Shown here: in pieces, positions 33,862-41,712 of the stretch
Layout: each line of letters opens with the position of its first letter
Numbering within the stretch: the first letter of the stretch is position 1
Source of the DNA: Candidatus Omnitrophota bacterium
GTDB taxonomy: Bacteria; Omnitrophota; Gorgyraeia; Gygaellales; Profunditerraquicolaceae
DNA: 58,239 nucleotides
Direction: 5' to 3'
Assembly: GCA_028716965.1 (NCBI GenBank)
Contig: JAQUOV010000010.1
Location: 1 to 58,239 of the forward strand
Translations under genes and position numbers: made by a program
The notes under the pieces: model-generated
What the model was told of the DNA's origin: nothing
What the model saw: only the letters and a program-made list of their open reading frames with translations
Database searches by the model: none

Positions 33862-34721
33862 AGATATTTTCTCTCCGATACTATTTTCAGGATGATTTCG
33901 GCCTTCTTTAATTTGTTTACGTATGCGCGTTTAGCAAAGACATCGCAGTTGTTTTTTTCTATTTCATCCAATATCCCGGAATAAACCTCTTTCATGCATA
34001 ATGCCACAAACCTGCAGAGAGGGTTATCAATGAGCTTGATCCCGGAGGAAGATTCATTATAAAGTTTTCGGCAACGGCTGATTTGAAAGCGCAAAAGCGC
34101 TTTTAAATCTTCATCTACCAGCCCTTTATTTAATTGTTGTTCGGAAACATTGAAACGGGCCATTTCATCCAGGGGCAGGTAAATCCTGCCGCGGGCGAGG
34201 TCTTCCTTTATGTCCCGAAGGATGTTGGTAAGCTGCATGGCTGTGCCCATTTTTACGGCGTAGCCTTCAGCCGAGGTATCTTTATATCCGAAAATCTTTA
34301 ACATGATCAGGCCGATGACCCCGGCTACCCGGTAACAGTATTCGTAAAGAGAAGAAAAGTCCCGGTAGCGTTTTATCTTAATGTCCATGCGCATGCCCTC
34401 AACCAGCGCGTCAAAATATTCCCTGGGTATTTTATAGTTGTTTACCGTTTTGCGGAAAGCAGCCGAAAGCGGCTCGTTGGGTTGTTCTTGCGTATAAGCA
34501 GAGGATATCTTTGATTCTAAGCTCCGCAAATTTTCCGTTTGGTTTGAATGAGCCGGCCCGTCTACTGCTTCGTCGCTTAAGCGGCAGATAGCGTATACGG
34601 CGTAACTGGCGTATTTTCTTTCTTTAGGCAGGAAAAGCGAGGCCAGGTAAAAGGTCTTGGCAAATTTCTTAGTGATTTCCCTTGCCTGCCGAAAACCCGT
34701 TTCTAACTTTTGTTTATGCAT
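33858..34721 (-). CDS. crtB: Phytoene/squalene synthase family protein (CrtB-like)
   Basis: YAICRLSDEAVD, GVIGLIM and NILRDIKEDLARGRIYLP motifs. 4-nt overlap with ispH. Confidence 0.85.
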   Translation of the reverse strand: MHKQKLETGFRQAREITKKFAKTFYLASLFLPKERKYASYAVYAICRLSDEAVDGPAHSNQTENLRSLESKISSAYTQEQPNEPLSAAFRKTVNNYKIPREYFDALVEGMRMDIKIKRYRDFSSLYEYCYRVAGVIGLIMLKIFGYKDTSAEGYAVKMGTAMQLTNILRDIKEDLARGRIYLPLDEMARFNVSEQQLNKGLVDEDLKALLRFQISRCRKLYNESSSGIKLIDNPLCRFVALCMKEVYSGILDEIEKNNCDVFAKRAYVNKLKKAEIILKIVSERKYL

Positions 34722-34816
34722 AAACTTATTTTACAATCAAATAAAGCAAAAACCAAGCATTTAAAAGAGCCATAAATCTAATTGCCAAAATAGCACGATA
34801 GTAATAAAATAATACG

Positions 34817-35125
34817 ATGTCTAAATATATGATGATTTTGGTTCTTGCCGGTATTTTCCCGCTGCTGCTTAGTTTCTACCCGCCGCTTAAATTCTGGCGC
34901 AATATTCGGCCGCTTATTTTTTCCTTAACTATGCTGGTGTTGATTTTCGGCACCTGGGATGTTTTTGCTGCCTGGCGCAGGCACTGGTATTTTAATCCGC
35001 AAGGCGTATCAGGAATTAAGGTTATAAACCTGCCGGTTGAAGAATGGCTGTTTTTCATAATCGTCCCGTTTTGTTGCATATTTACCTGGGAAGCGCTTAA
35101 GTTCATCAAGGGAAGGCTTAAATGA
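34817..35125 (+). CDS. crtYc: Lycopene cyclase domain protein (heterodimeric CrtYc-type)
   Basis: 102 aa with 3 TM helices and the motif LPVEEWLFF. Confidence 0.7.
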   Translation: MSKYMMILVLAGIFPLLLSFYPPLKFWRNIRPLIFSLTMLVLIFGTWDVFAAWRRHWYFNPQGVSGIKVINLPVEEWLFFIIVPFCCIFTWEALKFIKGRLK

Positions 35126-35418
35126 AGGAGTATACCTTTATCGCCGTTGGTTCGGTAATCTTAACCGTGCTGGCGGATAGATTATCGGGGGTCAATATCC
35201 TTAAACAAAGGTTATTCTATTTGTTCCTTCTTGTCATATTAGTTTTTAAATTGCTGGTAAACGGTTACCTTACCGGTACGAACATAGTAATCTACAACCC
35301 AAAGTTCTTTCTCGGCTTCAGGATCGGCAGTATTCCTCTGGAGGATTTTCTTTTCGGCTTTAGTATGGTTTCCCTGGGGGTTATTTTCTGGGAGTTCTCC
35401 AAAAGGCGGCAGAGATGA
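35122..35418 (+). CDS. crtYd: Lycopene cyclase domain protein (heterodimeric CrtYd-type)
   Basis: 98 aa with 3 TM helices and the motif IPLEDFLFGF. 4-nt overlap with crtYc. Confidence 0.7.
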   Translation: MKEYTFIAVGSVILTVLADRLSGVNILKQRLFYLFLLVILVFKLLVNGYLTGTNIVIYNPKFFLGFRIGSIPLEDFLFGFSMVSLGVIFWEFSKRRQR

Positions 35419-36296
35419 AAAAAATATGTTTATTGCTGTTTATCCTGCTTGTTCGTCCTTTAGTATCATATTCTATGGATTGGAAAAGCCTGCATAATAA
35501 GGCCGACGAGATATCTCTGCCGCAGGCACAGGAAGCTGTACTTGAAAACAACGGCCTGCTGGAAGACAGGTATATTTTAGGCCTGGTTTATTTGGACCTG
35601 CATCGGGATCAAGATGCTTATAATCTTTTTTCCGCGCTTCTTAATGAAAACCCGGATATGGTTGGACTGAAATGGGGGCAGGGAGAATCTCTCCGCCGCC
35701 TGCATGAACTTAAAAATGCCGAAAGCCTGTTGAACGAGGCGCTTAAACAAGACCCGCAGTTTGCCCCGGCATTAATAAGCATGGCTTACATAAGATATTT
35801 TAAGATGGATTTTAAAGGCGCGGTGCAGTTGGCTTCCAAAGTCATCCAGCAGGGGCTTGTTAAGGTGGATTTGAGTAACTATGCGCGCGCCTATGCTATG
35901 TATGCCGGCTCAAAAGGGATGCTGGCGCACTACGGAGGGATATTTTCCAAGGCGATAGACGGTTTAGCGGTAAAAACGAATCTGGATAAAGCGCAAAAGC
36001 TGCAGCCGGATTCTCCGGCTGTTTTATTCGGTTTGGGCAGCTATTATCTTTTGGCGCCCGTAATTGCCGGAGGGAATAAATCTAAGGCCGAAGAATACTT
36101 AAATAAAGCGCTTGCGGCTGACCCATTATTCGCGGATGTTTATGTGCGCCTTGCGCAGTTAGCCAAAATCAAGGGGGAGAAAGGGAAATACGAGTATTAT
36201 ATGAATAAAGCCTTGGAGATTGACCCGGGCAATGAACTGGCTTTGGATACTAAAAGCGGCCGTTGTAAATTTATCTGTACCGGCGGAGAGGAATAG
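35415..36296 (+). CDS. Secreted TPR-repeat protein
   Basis: Signal peptide and several TPR-like helical repeats (..AESLLNEALKQDPQFAPAL.., ..AEEYLNKALAADPLFADVY.., ..YYMNKALEIDPGN). 4-nt overlap with crtYd. Confidence 0.7.
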   Translation: MKKICLLLFILLVRPLVSYSMDWKSLHNKADEISLPQAQEAVLENNGLLEDRYILGLVYLDLHRDQDAYNLFSALLNENPDMVGLKWGQGESLRRLHELKNAESLLNEALKQDPQFAPALISMAYIRYFKMDFKGAVQLASKVIQQGLVKVDLSNYARAYAMYAGSKGMLAHYGGIFSKAIDGLAVKTNLDKAQKLQPDSPAVLFGLGSYYLLAPVIAGGNKSKAEEYLNKALAADPLFADVYVRLAQLAKIKGEKGKYEYYMNKALEIDPGNELALDTKSGRCKFICTGGEE

Positions 36297-37337
36297 CTAT
36301 ACCTGAAGGATCTTCCGGGAGAAGTTATCCAGCGCCTGCTTATAGCCCGGTTTCATTTTTAAACCGTCAAGCTTCCTCTTTGCTTTGGAGAATAAATATT
36401 TTATTTGTCCTTCTGCGTATTCCAGCGCCCCTGATTCAAGGATAATCCGGCGTATCATAACCAGCGCGTTCTTGCCCGCAGGCCCGCCCTGCATAACTTT
36501 TCTGATCAAGGATTTTTCCTTATTACCTGCGTGATTAAATGCATACCAGATAAGCAGGGTTCTTTTTGCCTCTTTGATATCGCTTAAGCTTGGTTTGCCG
36601 GTATCCTTTTCTTTCCCGAAGGCCCCGATAATATCGTCCCTGATCTGGAAGGCCCTTCCGAGGAGTATGCCGTAAGAGAATAATCTTTCTGTTTGGCGGA
36701 TCTCTGCTCCGGCAAGAGCCGAGCCCATGGTTAAAGGTGAAGCAAAGGTATAGTTTGCGGTTTTATAATCGTAAATTTTATAGATATCTTTTTGCGTAAC
36801 TTTTTCTATGGGCTTAATCCCCAGTAAGAGCTCCATAAATTCTCCACTTCCGGTATACAATGCCGCCGAGATCAGTTTTTTTAAAGCGGCCTCTTTACGG
36901 GCCAGGTCTTCTTTAACCGATAAGAATGCGTCCAGGCCCATGGCGTACATCACATCTCCTATAACAATAGCCAGGTCTTCTCCGTTGAATTTTACTTTCT
37001 TGTCAGGGTAGAGAGAGCGGTTAAGCATGGCATGCATTGAAGGCGCGCCGCGCCGAGTATCGGACCTATCGATAATATCGTCGTGGACCAGCATGAAATC
37101 ATGCAGGAGTTCAAGCGACAACGCGCTGCGGTAGAGCCCCGCAGGGGTTTTCCCGGAGAAACCGAGATAACCGATACAGAATAGTATCGGCCTTACCCTT
37201 TTACCGGGCCGGCAGATAAACTCCTTGATATTTTTAAAAAGGACCGGGGAGAGGCTGTTAAGCGCATACAATTTGTCTATGCTTTTGACGTAGGAGGAAA
37301 GCTCTTTTTCAATGCGGATTTTCATTTTCATGAACAT
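36297..37337 (-). CDS. Polyprenyl diphosphate synthase (GGPP synthase-like, CrtE/IdsA type)
   Basis: First Asp-rich motif LVHDDIIDRSDTRRG and second Asp-rich motif FQIRDDIIG. Confidence 0.85.
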   Translation of the reverse strand: MFMKMKIRIEKELSSYVKSIDKLYALNSLSPVLFKNIKEFICRPGKRVRPILFCIGYLGFSGKTPAGLYRSALSLELLHDFMLVHDDIIDRSDTRRGAPSMHAMLNRSLYPDKKVKFNGEDLAIVIGDVMYAMGLDAFLSVKEDLARKEAALKKLISAALYTGSGEFMELLLGIKPIEKVTQKDIYKIYDYKTANYTFASPLTMGSALAGAEIRQTERLFSYGILLGRAFQIRDDIIGAFGKEKDTGKPSLSDIKEAKRTLLIWYAFNHAGNKEKSLIRKVMQGGPAGKNALVMIRRIILESGALEYAEGQIKYLFSKAKRKLDGLKMKPGYKQALDNFSRKILQV

Positions 37338-37409
37338 AAAATTATGTTAACATATTAAGGATAATTATGCAATTATACTTTTGCGGCTAAAGGGTTTTTT
37401 AGGCAGGGG

Positions 37410-38555
37410 ATGGGTAATATGCGTAAAGTTATTATTATCGGAGCTGGTTTCGCGGGATTAAGCGCGGCAGGCAGGCTTTCCCGGTATAACTTAAGCACAG
37501 AGGTTCTGGTCTTTGACAAAAAGGATTCTTCCGCTTTTCTTCCTCTGCTTCCCGATGCGATCGGCAGGAGGCTTAACCCCGGGCTGCTTGCTTATAATAT
37601 TGATGAACTTTCGCGTAAACTGAATTTCAAATTCATCAAAGAGGAAATTACCTCCGTTGACCTGCAAGCCCGGCAGGTTTTTACCGGCAGATCAAGCTAT
37701 GCTTATGACGCCTTGCTTATTTCAAGCGGCAGCCAGACAGATTTCTTTGGCAACCAGCATGCTCAACTCCACTCCTATGCCTTAAACAGCGTGGATGATG
37801 TTAAGAGGATAACAGATGCCATAAAGGCTGATAAATTTGAAAATTTTATCATTTGCGGCGGCGGCTATACCGGCGTAGAAGCAGCAACTAACCTTTGGTT
37901 ATTGTGCCGCAAGAACGGTTTCTCCGGGAAGATTGTTATTGTCGAGCGTTCCGCGCAGATACTCGGGCCTTTGCCGCTTTGGATGAAATCCTATGTGCGC
38001 AATAATTTAAAAAACATGGGGATAGAGGTCTTGGTTAATTCAGTCACCGAAGATATACGGCAGGATCGGGTAAGCGTCTCCGGAAATCTCCTGTTTGAAA
38101 AGGCGATGCTTGTCTGGGTGCCCGGTGTAAAGACGGCGGATTTCATACAGAAACTGGCGGTTGAAAAAAACCCGCAGGGCAGGATAACCGTTGATGAGTA
38201 TTTAAGATTTAAGGAAGATTGTTTTTGCGCAGGCGATGCTTCTTTTTTCGGCCGGAAAGGTAATTATTTGCGCATGGCTGTGCAGTTTTCTATTGCCGAA
38301 GGAGCCTGTGCTGCGGATAATATAATCAGGGGCATGGAGAAGCTTCCGTTTAAGAAGTTTAAACCTTGCGACCTCGGTTACATTATCCCCATGGCAAACA
38401 ATAAATCATGCGGCATGGTATTTGGCCTGAATTTGAAAGGATTCCTTCCCACGCTGCTGCATTTTATAATGTGCATTTATCGTTCGTCCGGATTAAGGAA
38501 CAAGATCGGATTAGCCGGCAGTTTAATAAGATCTTGCTTGTTTACCGATAGTTAG
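37410..38555 (+). CDS. FAD-dependent pyridine-nucleotide-disulfide oxidoreductase (NDH-2-like)
   Basis: VIIIGAGFAGLSAA and ICGGGYTGVEAA dinucleotide folds; CAGDA. ATG 37419 is a better-spaced alternative start. Confidence 0.75.
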   Translation: MGNMRKVIIIGAGFAGLSAAGRLSRYNLSTEVLVFDKKDSSAFLPLLPDAIGRRLNPGLLAYNIDELSRKLNFKFIKEEITSVDLQARQVFTGRSSYAYDALLISSGSQTDFFGNQHAQLHSYALNSVDDVKRITDAIKADKFENFIICGGGYTGVEAATNLWLLCRKNGFSGKIVIVERSAQILGPLPLWMKSYVRNNLKNMGIEVLVNSVTEDIRQDRVSVSGNLLFEKAMLVWVPGVKTADFIQKLAVEKNPQGRITVDEYLRFKEDCFCAGDASFFGRKGNYLRMAVQFSIAEGACAADNIIRGMEKLPFKKFKPCDLGYIIPMANNKSCGMVFGLNLKGFLPTLLHFIMCIYRSSGLRNKIGLAGSLIRSCLFTDS

Positions 38556-38558
38556 GTT

Positions 38559-38577
38559 TGCCGTCTGCCTGACGGCA
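38559..38577 (+). promoter_or_regulatory. 19-nt dyad TGCCGTC-tgcct-GACGGCA in the doxX leader
   Basis: Read directly, 26 nt upstream of the doxX ATG. A related dyad lies at 40604-40622. Confidence 0.45.
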
Positions 38578-38602
38578 GCCGGGTGACCCAGGGAGGTGTA
38601 AA

Positions 38603-38995
38603 ATGTTAAATTGGGGTATCTTGGTTTTGCGGTTAGGGCTGGGCATTATGTTCATGGCGCACGGTATGCAAAAAGCTTTTGGTTTGTTCGGCGGCCCGGG
38701 GATTAAAGGTTTTTCCGGCATGCTTTCCGGCTTGGGGTTTGTGCCGGCAACCTTCTGGGCATATGTCGCAGCCTATACGGAACTTCTCGGCGGAGTTTTG
38801 CTTATTATCGGATTACAGGTCAGGCCGGCAGCAGCCCTGCTTTTGATTTTGATTGTTACTGCGGCAATTAAAGTGCACTTGGGTAAAGGGTTCTTCTTGT
38901 CCAGCGGCGGTTTTGAATATACCTTTATAATCGCAACAGCCTGCCTGGCGCTTATCTTGCTGGGCCCGGGAAAATTTAGCATATTGAACAAATAA
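38603..38995 (+). CDS. DoxX-family membrane protein
   Basis: 130 aa with 4 TM helices. LRLGLGIMFMAHGMQKAFGLFGG is DoxX-typical. Confidence 0.85.
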   Translation: MLNWGILVLRLGLGIMFMAHGMQKAFGLFGGPGIKGFSGMLSGLGFVPATFWAYVAAYTELLGGVLLIIGLQVRPAAALLLILIVTAAIKVHLGKGFFLSSGGFEYTFIIATACLALILLGPGKFSILNK

Positions 38996-39008
38996 AAGTA
39001 TATACTTT

Positions 39009-40190
39009 ATGCGTAGAGCGATACAGAGATATTTAATTTATTCTTTCTTCCTGATAATGCTGTTCTTGCCGGCAGGGGCGATGGCCGTTGATAGGCAGGA
39101 GATACCGGAGCTCTTTATTTTTCATTCGCTTAACTGCCACGAGTGCACTAAGATAAAGGCAGAGGTCATGCCGGCTATCCAAAAGGAGTTTCAGGGCAGG
39201 GTTATTTTTGTTTATTTGGATGTGGGGGAGCCGGAAAACTATAAGTTGTTATTAACCCTGATGAAGAAAGGCGCCGGCGGGGATGATTTTAAAATCCCTG
39301 TTTTCTACATGCGCGGGAAGTTCCTTAATAGCCAGGGCCAGGTTGAAACCAACCTGCGCAATTTTATCAAAGATGGATTAGGCAGCAGGTATTCCGGAAT
39401 GCCTTTAATGCCGGCTGATTTGTTAGAGTATTTCAAAAGTTTTGTCCCCCTTTCCGTAATTATCGCCGGCCTGGAAGACGGGGTCAATCCGTGCGCCTTT
39501 ACGGTAATCGTATTTTTTATCTCTTTTTTGGCGCTGCAGGGTTACCGTAAAAGAGAGCTGTTTTTTATCGGCGCTGCTTTTATCCTTTCCGTATTCCTGA
39601 CTTACTTAGCTATCGGCTTGGGGGTTTTTAATTTCTTTTATCGTTTCCGCTCGCTTTGGGTAATTACGCATTTGTTGAATGTAGTTGTCGGCTCAGCCAG
39701 TATACTCTTTGGCGTCCTTGCCGTTTATGATTTTATCAAATTTAAGAAAACAGGATCTACCGAACAGCTTGTTTTGCAGCTTCCTAAACCGGTTAAAGAG
39801 AGCATTCATAAGGTAGTGGGGTTCTTTTACCGCAAAAGCCCCCTGGAAAAACAACAGGGTGCTTTGCCCGGGATGGGCAGGCTTATTGCCAGCGCATTTA
39901 TCAGCGGATTTTTAGTTTCCTTGTTGGAAGCAGTATGTACCGGGCAGGTGTACTTGCCGACGATCGCCTTTGTTTTAAAGGCCAGCCGCTTGAAGCTGCA
40001 GGCTTTAGGTTATCTCCTGCTTTACAATATTATGTTTATCGTCCCGCTGATAGTGATATTTATTTTCGCGCTCATGGGCACTACCAGCGCGCAGTTCTCG
40101 TCTTTCCTCAAGAAGCATCTTGGCCTAATCAAGATATTTATGGCTGTTTTATTTTTTGGCTTGGGGATATTTTTAATCTGGAGAGGTTAA
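39009..40190 (+). CDS. Thiol:disulfide membrane oxidoreductase, CcdA/DsbD-family TM domain with an N-terminal thioredoxin-like CxxC domain
   Basis: N-terminal FHSLNCHECTK (CxxC). TM domain with GVNPCAF and EAVCTGQVYLP Cys-containing helices. Confidence 0.6.
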   Translation: MRRAIQRYLIYSFFLIMLFLPAGAMAVDRQEIPELFIFHSLNCHECTKIKAEVMPAIQKEFQGRVIFVYLDVGEPENYKLLLTLMKKGAGGDDFKIPVFYMRGKFLNSQGQVETNLRNFIKDGLGSRYSGMPLMPADLLEYFKSFVPLSVIIAGLEDGVNPCAFTVIVFFISFLALQGYRKRELFFIGAAFILSVFLTYLAIGLGVFNFFYRFRSLWVITHLLNVVVGSASILFGVLAVYDFIKFKKTGSTEQLVLQLPKPVKESIHKVVGFFYRKSPLEKQQGALPGMGRLIASAFISGFLVSLLEAVCTGQVYLPTIAFVLKASRLKLQALGYLLLYNIMFIVPLIVIFIFALMGTTSAQFSSFLKKHLGLIKIFMAVLFFGLGIFLIWRG

Positions 40191-40573
40191 TGCGCAGGAT
40201 AATATTGCTTGTTTTTTTTCTGCTCTTTGTTTCTTCGGCAGGCTTTGCCCAGCAGCCTGAAAACGACGGCAATACCTGGGATTTCGGCGCTATCCGCGCC
40301 TCCGACGGCATTGTAACACACACCTTTTCTTTAAAGAATGATTCTGCCCAGGCCCTGAATATCAACGGCACGCATGCTTCCTGCGGCTGTACCCTATCGG
40401 AGATAGATAAGAAGATTATCCTGCCCGGAGAGGCTGCTAATCTGGAAGTAAAATTTAATCCTAAAGGGTATTCCGGGCAGATAACCCAGTATGTATATGT
40501 GAATACCGACAGCAAGGCAATGCCCATATACAGATTTACTATCAAGGCGGATATTACCAAAGATCAAAATTAA
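40190..40573 (+). CDS. DUF1573 domain protein (secreted)
   Basis: ATG 40190 overlaps the upstream TAA. Signal peptide MRRIILLVFFLLFVSSAGFA; ..WDFGAI..G.VTHTFSLKN....L.I.....SCGCT.. is the DUF1573 pattern. Confidence 0.75.
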   Translation: MRRIILLVFFLLFVSSAGFAQQPENDGNTWDFGAIRASDGIVTHTFSLKNDSAQALNINGTHASCGCTLSEIDKKIILPGEAANLEVKFNPKGYSGQITQYVYVNTDSKAMPIYRFTIKADITKDQN

Positions 40574-40603
40574 CCAAGCTTAAGTTGCGATAAAAGCTCA
40601 ATT

Positions 40604-40622
40604 TGCCGTAAGACAGACGGCA
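40604..40622 (+). promoter_or_regulatory. 19-nt dyad TGCCGT-aagacag-ACGGCA in the htpX leader
   Basis: Read directly, 18 nt upstream of the htpX ATG. It has the same half-sites and length as 38559-38577. Confidence 0.45.
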
Positions 40623-40639
40623 GTAGAGGAGGAGTAAAA

Positions 40640-41602
40640 ATGTGGTCATTACAGTTAAGGATGTGGTTGTTAGTTACGCTTTTGTTCGGGATTATTTACG
40701 CTTTGATCGTCGTTATCGGCAGCAGTTTCCTGCACGCGGGCGGTTTTAGTTTTTACCTGGTTATCTCTATCGTGCTAATGTTGATCCAGTATCTGCTGGG
40801 GCCTAAGATAGTAGAGTGGAGTATGCGCGTGAAATATATCAAAAGGGAGGAAAACCCGCGTCTTTTCCAAATGGTAGAAAGCTTGAGTATGCGCGCCAGT
40901 ATCCCTATGCCCAGAATCGGCATTGCCCAGATCGATATCCCCAATGCCTTTGCTTTTGGCCGCTCGATAAAAGACGGACGGGTCTGCGTAACCAGCGGGA
41001 TCATTAAATTACTCGACGATGCGCAGCTAAAGGCAGTGTTGGGCCATGAGTTAAGCCACTTAAAGAACCGTGATGTGCTCACCATTACCCTGCTTTCGGT
41101 AATCCCCATGATCATGTACCGCATTGCCTGGCAGTTTTTATTCTTTGGCCGCAGGCGCAATGAACGGGCAGGTAATACAATATTGATCGGCCTGGCAGCT
41201 TTCCTCTTCTATTTTGTGACTAATCTTTTGGTGCTTTACGCCTCGCGTATCCGGGAGTATTTCGCAGACCGCGGCTCGGTGCTTTTGGGGAATCAGCCGA
41301 AAGACCTGGCCTCAAGCCTTTATAAACTGGCTTACGGCTCAGCCAGGTTAAGCAAAGAATCTTTAAAACAAAGCGAAGGGCTTAAGGCATTTTTTATTAA
41401 CGACCCGTCTCAAGGCAAAAAGGAGGTATTGGAGTTGTCGCAACTGGATTTGGATAAAAGCGGCACAATTGATGCTTCCGAGCTGGCGTTACTCAGGAAT
41501 TCGAATATCCGTTTGAATTTAGGAGATAAAATGATGGAGCTTTTGAGCACCCATCCTAATATGCTCAAAAGGATAAAGAGGCTTTCGCAATATCATGCTT
41601 AG
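40640..41602 (+). CDS. htpX: M48-family zinc metalloprotease HtpX
   Basis: HELSHLKNRD (HExxH), NAFAFG, 4 TM helices and the C-terminal STHPNMLKRI. Confidence 0.85.
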   Translation: MWSLQLRMWLLVTLLFGIIYALIVVIGSSFLHAGGFSFYLVISIVLMLIQYLLGPKIVEWSMRVKYIKREENPRLFQMVESLSMRASIPMPRIGIAQIDIPNAFAFGRSIKDGRVCVTSGIIKLLDDAQLKAVLGHELSHLKNRDVLTITLLSVIPMIMYRIAWQFLFFGRRRNERAGNTILIGLAAFLFYFVTNLLVLYASRIREYFADRGSVLLGNQPKDLASSLYKLAYGSARLSKESLKQSEGLKAFFINDPSQGKKEVLELSQLDLDKSGTIDASELALLRNSNIRLNLGDKMMELLSTHPNMLKRIKRLSQYHA

Positions 41603-41610
41603 TAAAGGCA

Positions 41611-41656
41611 GCTTAGGCGCTATTTTCTTTAAAAAATATCGCCTAAGCCCGTTTTT
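41611..41656 (+). terminator. Candidate terminator after htpX
   Basis: GCTTAGGCG..(long loop)..CGCCTAAGC followed by CCGTTTTT. Confidence 0.45.
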
Positions 41657-41674
41657 CCCCCCGACCATTTTCTT

Positions 41675-41703
41675 TTGACATAACCCCAAATATACGATAT
41701 AAT
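41675..41703 (+). promoter_or_regulatory. Consensus sigma70 promoter TTGACA-17-TATAAT for lysS
   Basis: Hexamers at 41675-41680 and 41698-41703 with a 17-nt spacer. Only 9 nt separate the -10 from the ATG at 41713. Confidence 0.6.
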
Positions 41704-41712
41704 TACTGGCCT

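Noticed and set aside
37343-37354. 12-nt palindrome TATGTTAACATA between the polyprenyl synthase and NDH-2-like genes, as a possible carotenoid-regulator operator
   Set aside because: It is short, AT-rich and single-copy, and it sits only 5 nt from a start codon. It could easily arise by chance in AT-rich intergenic DNA, and no candidate regulator is nearby.
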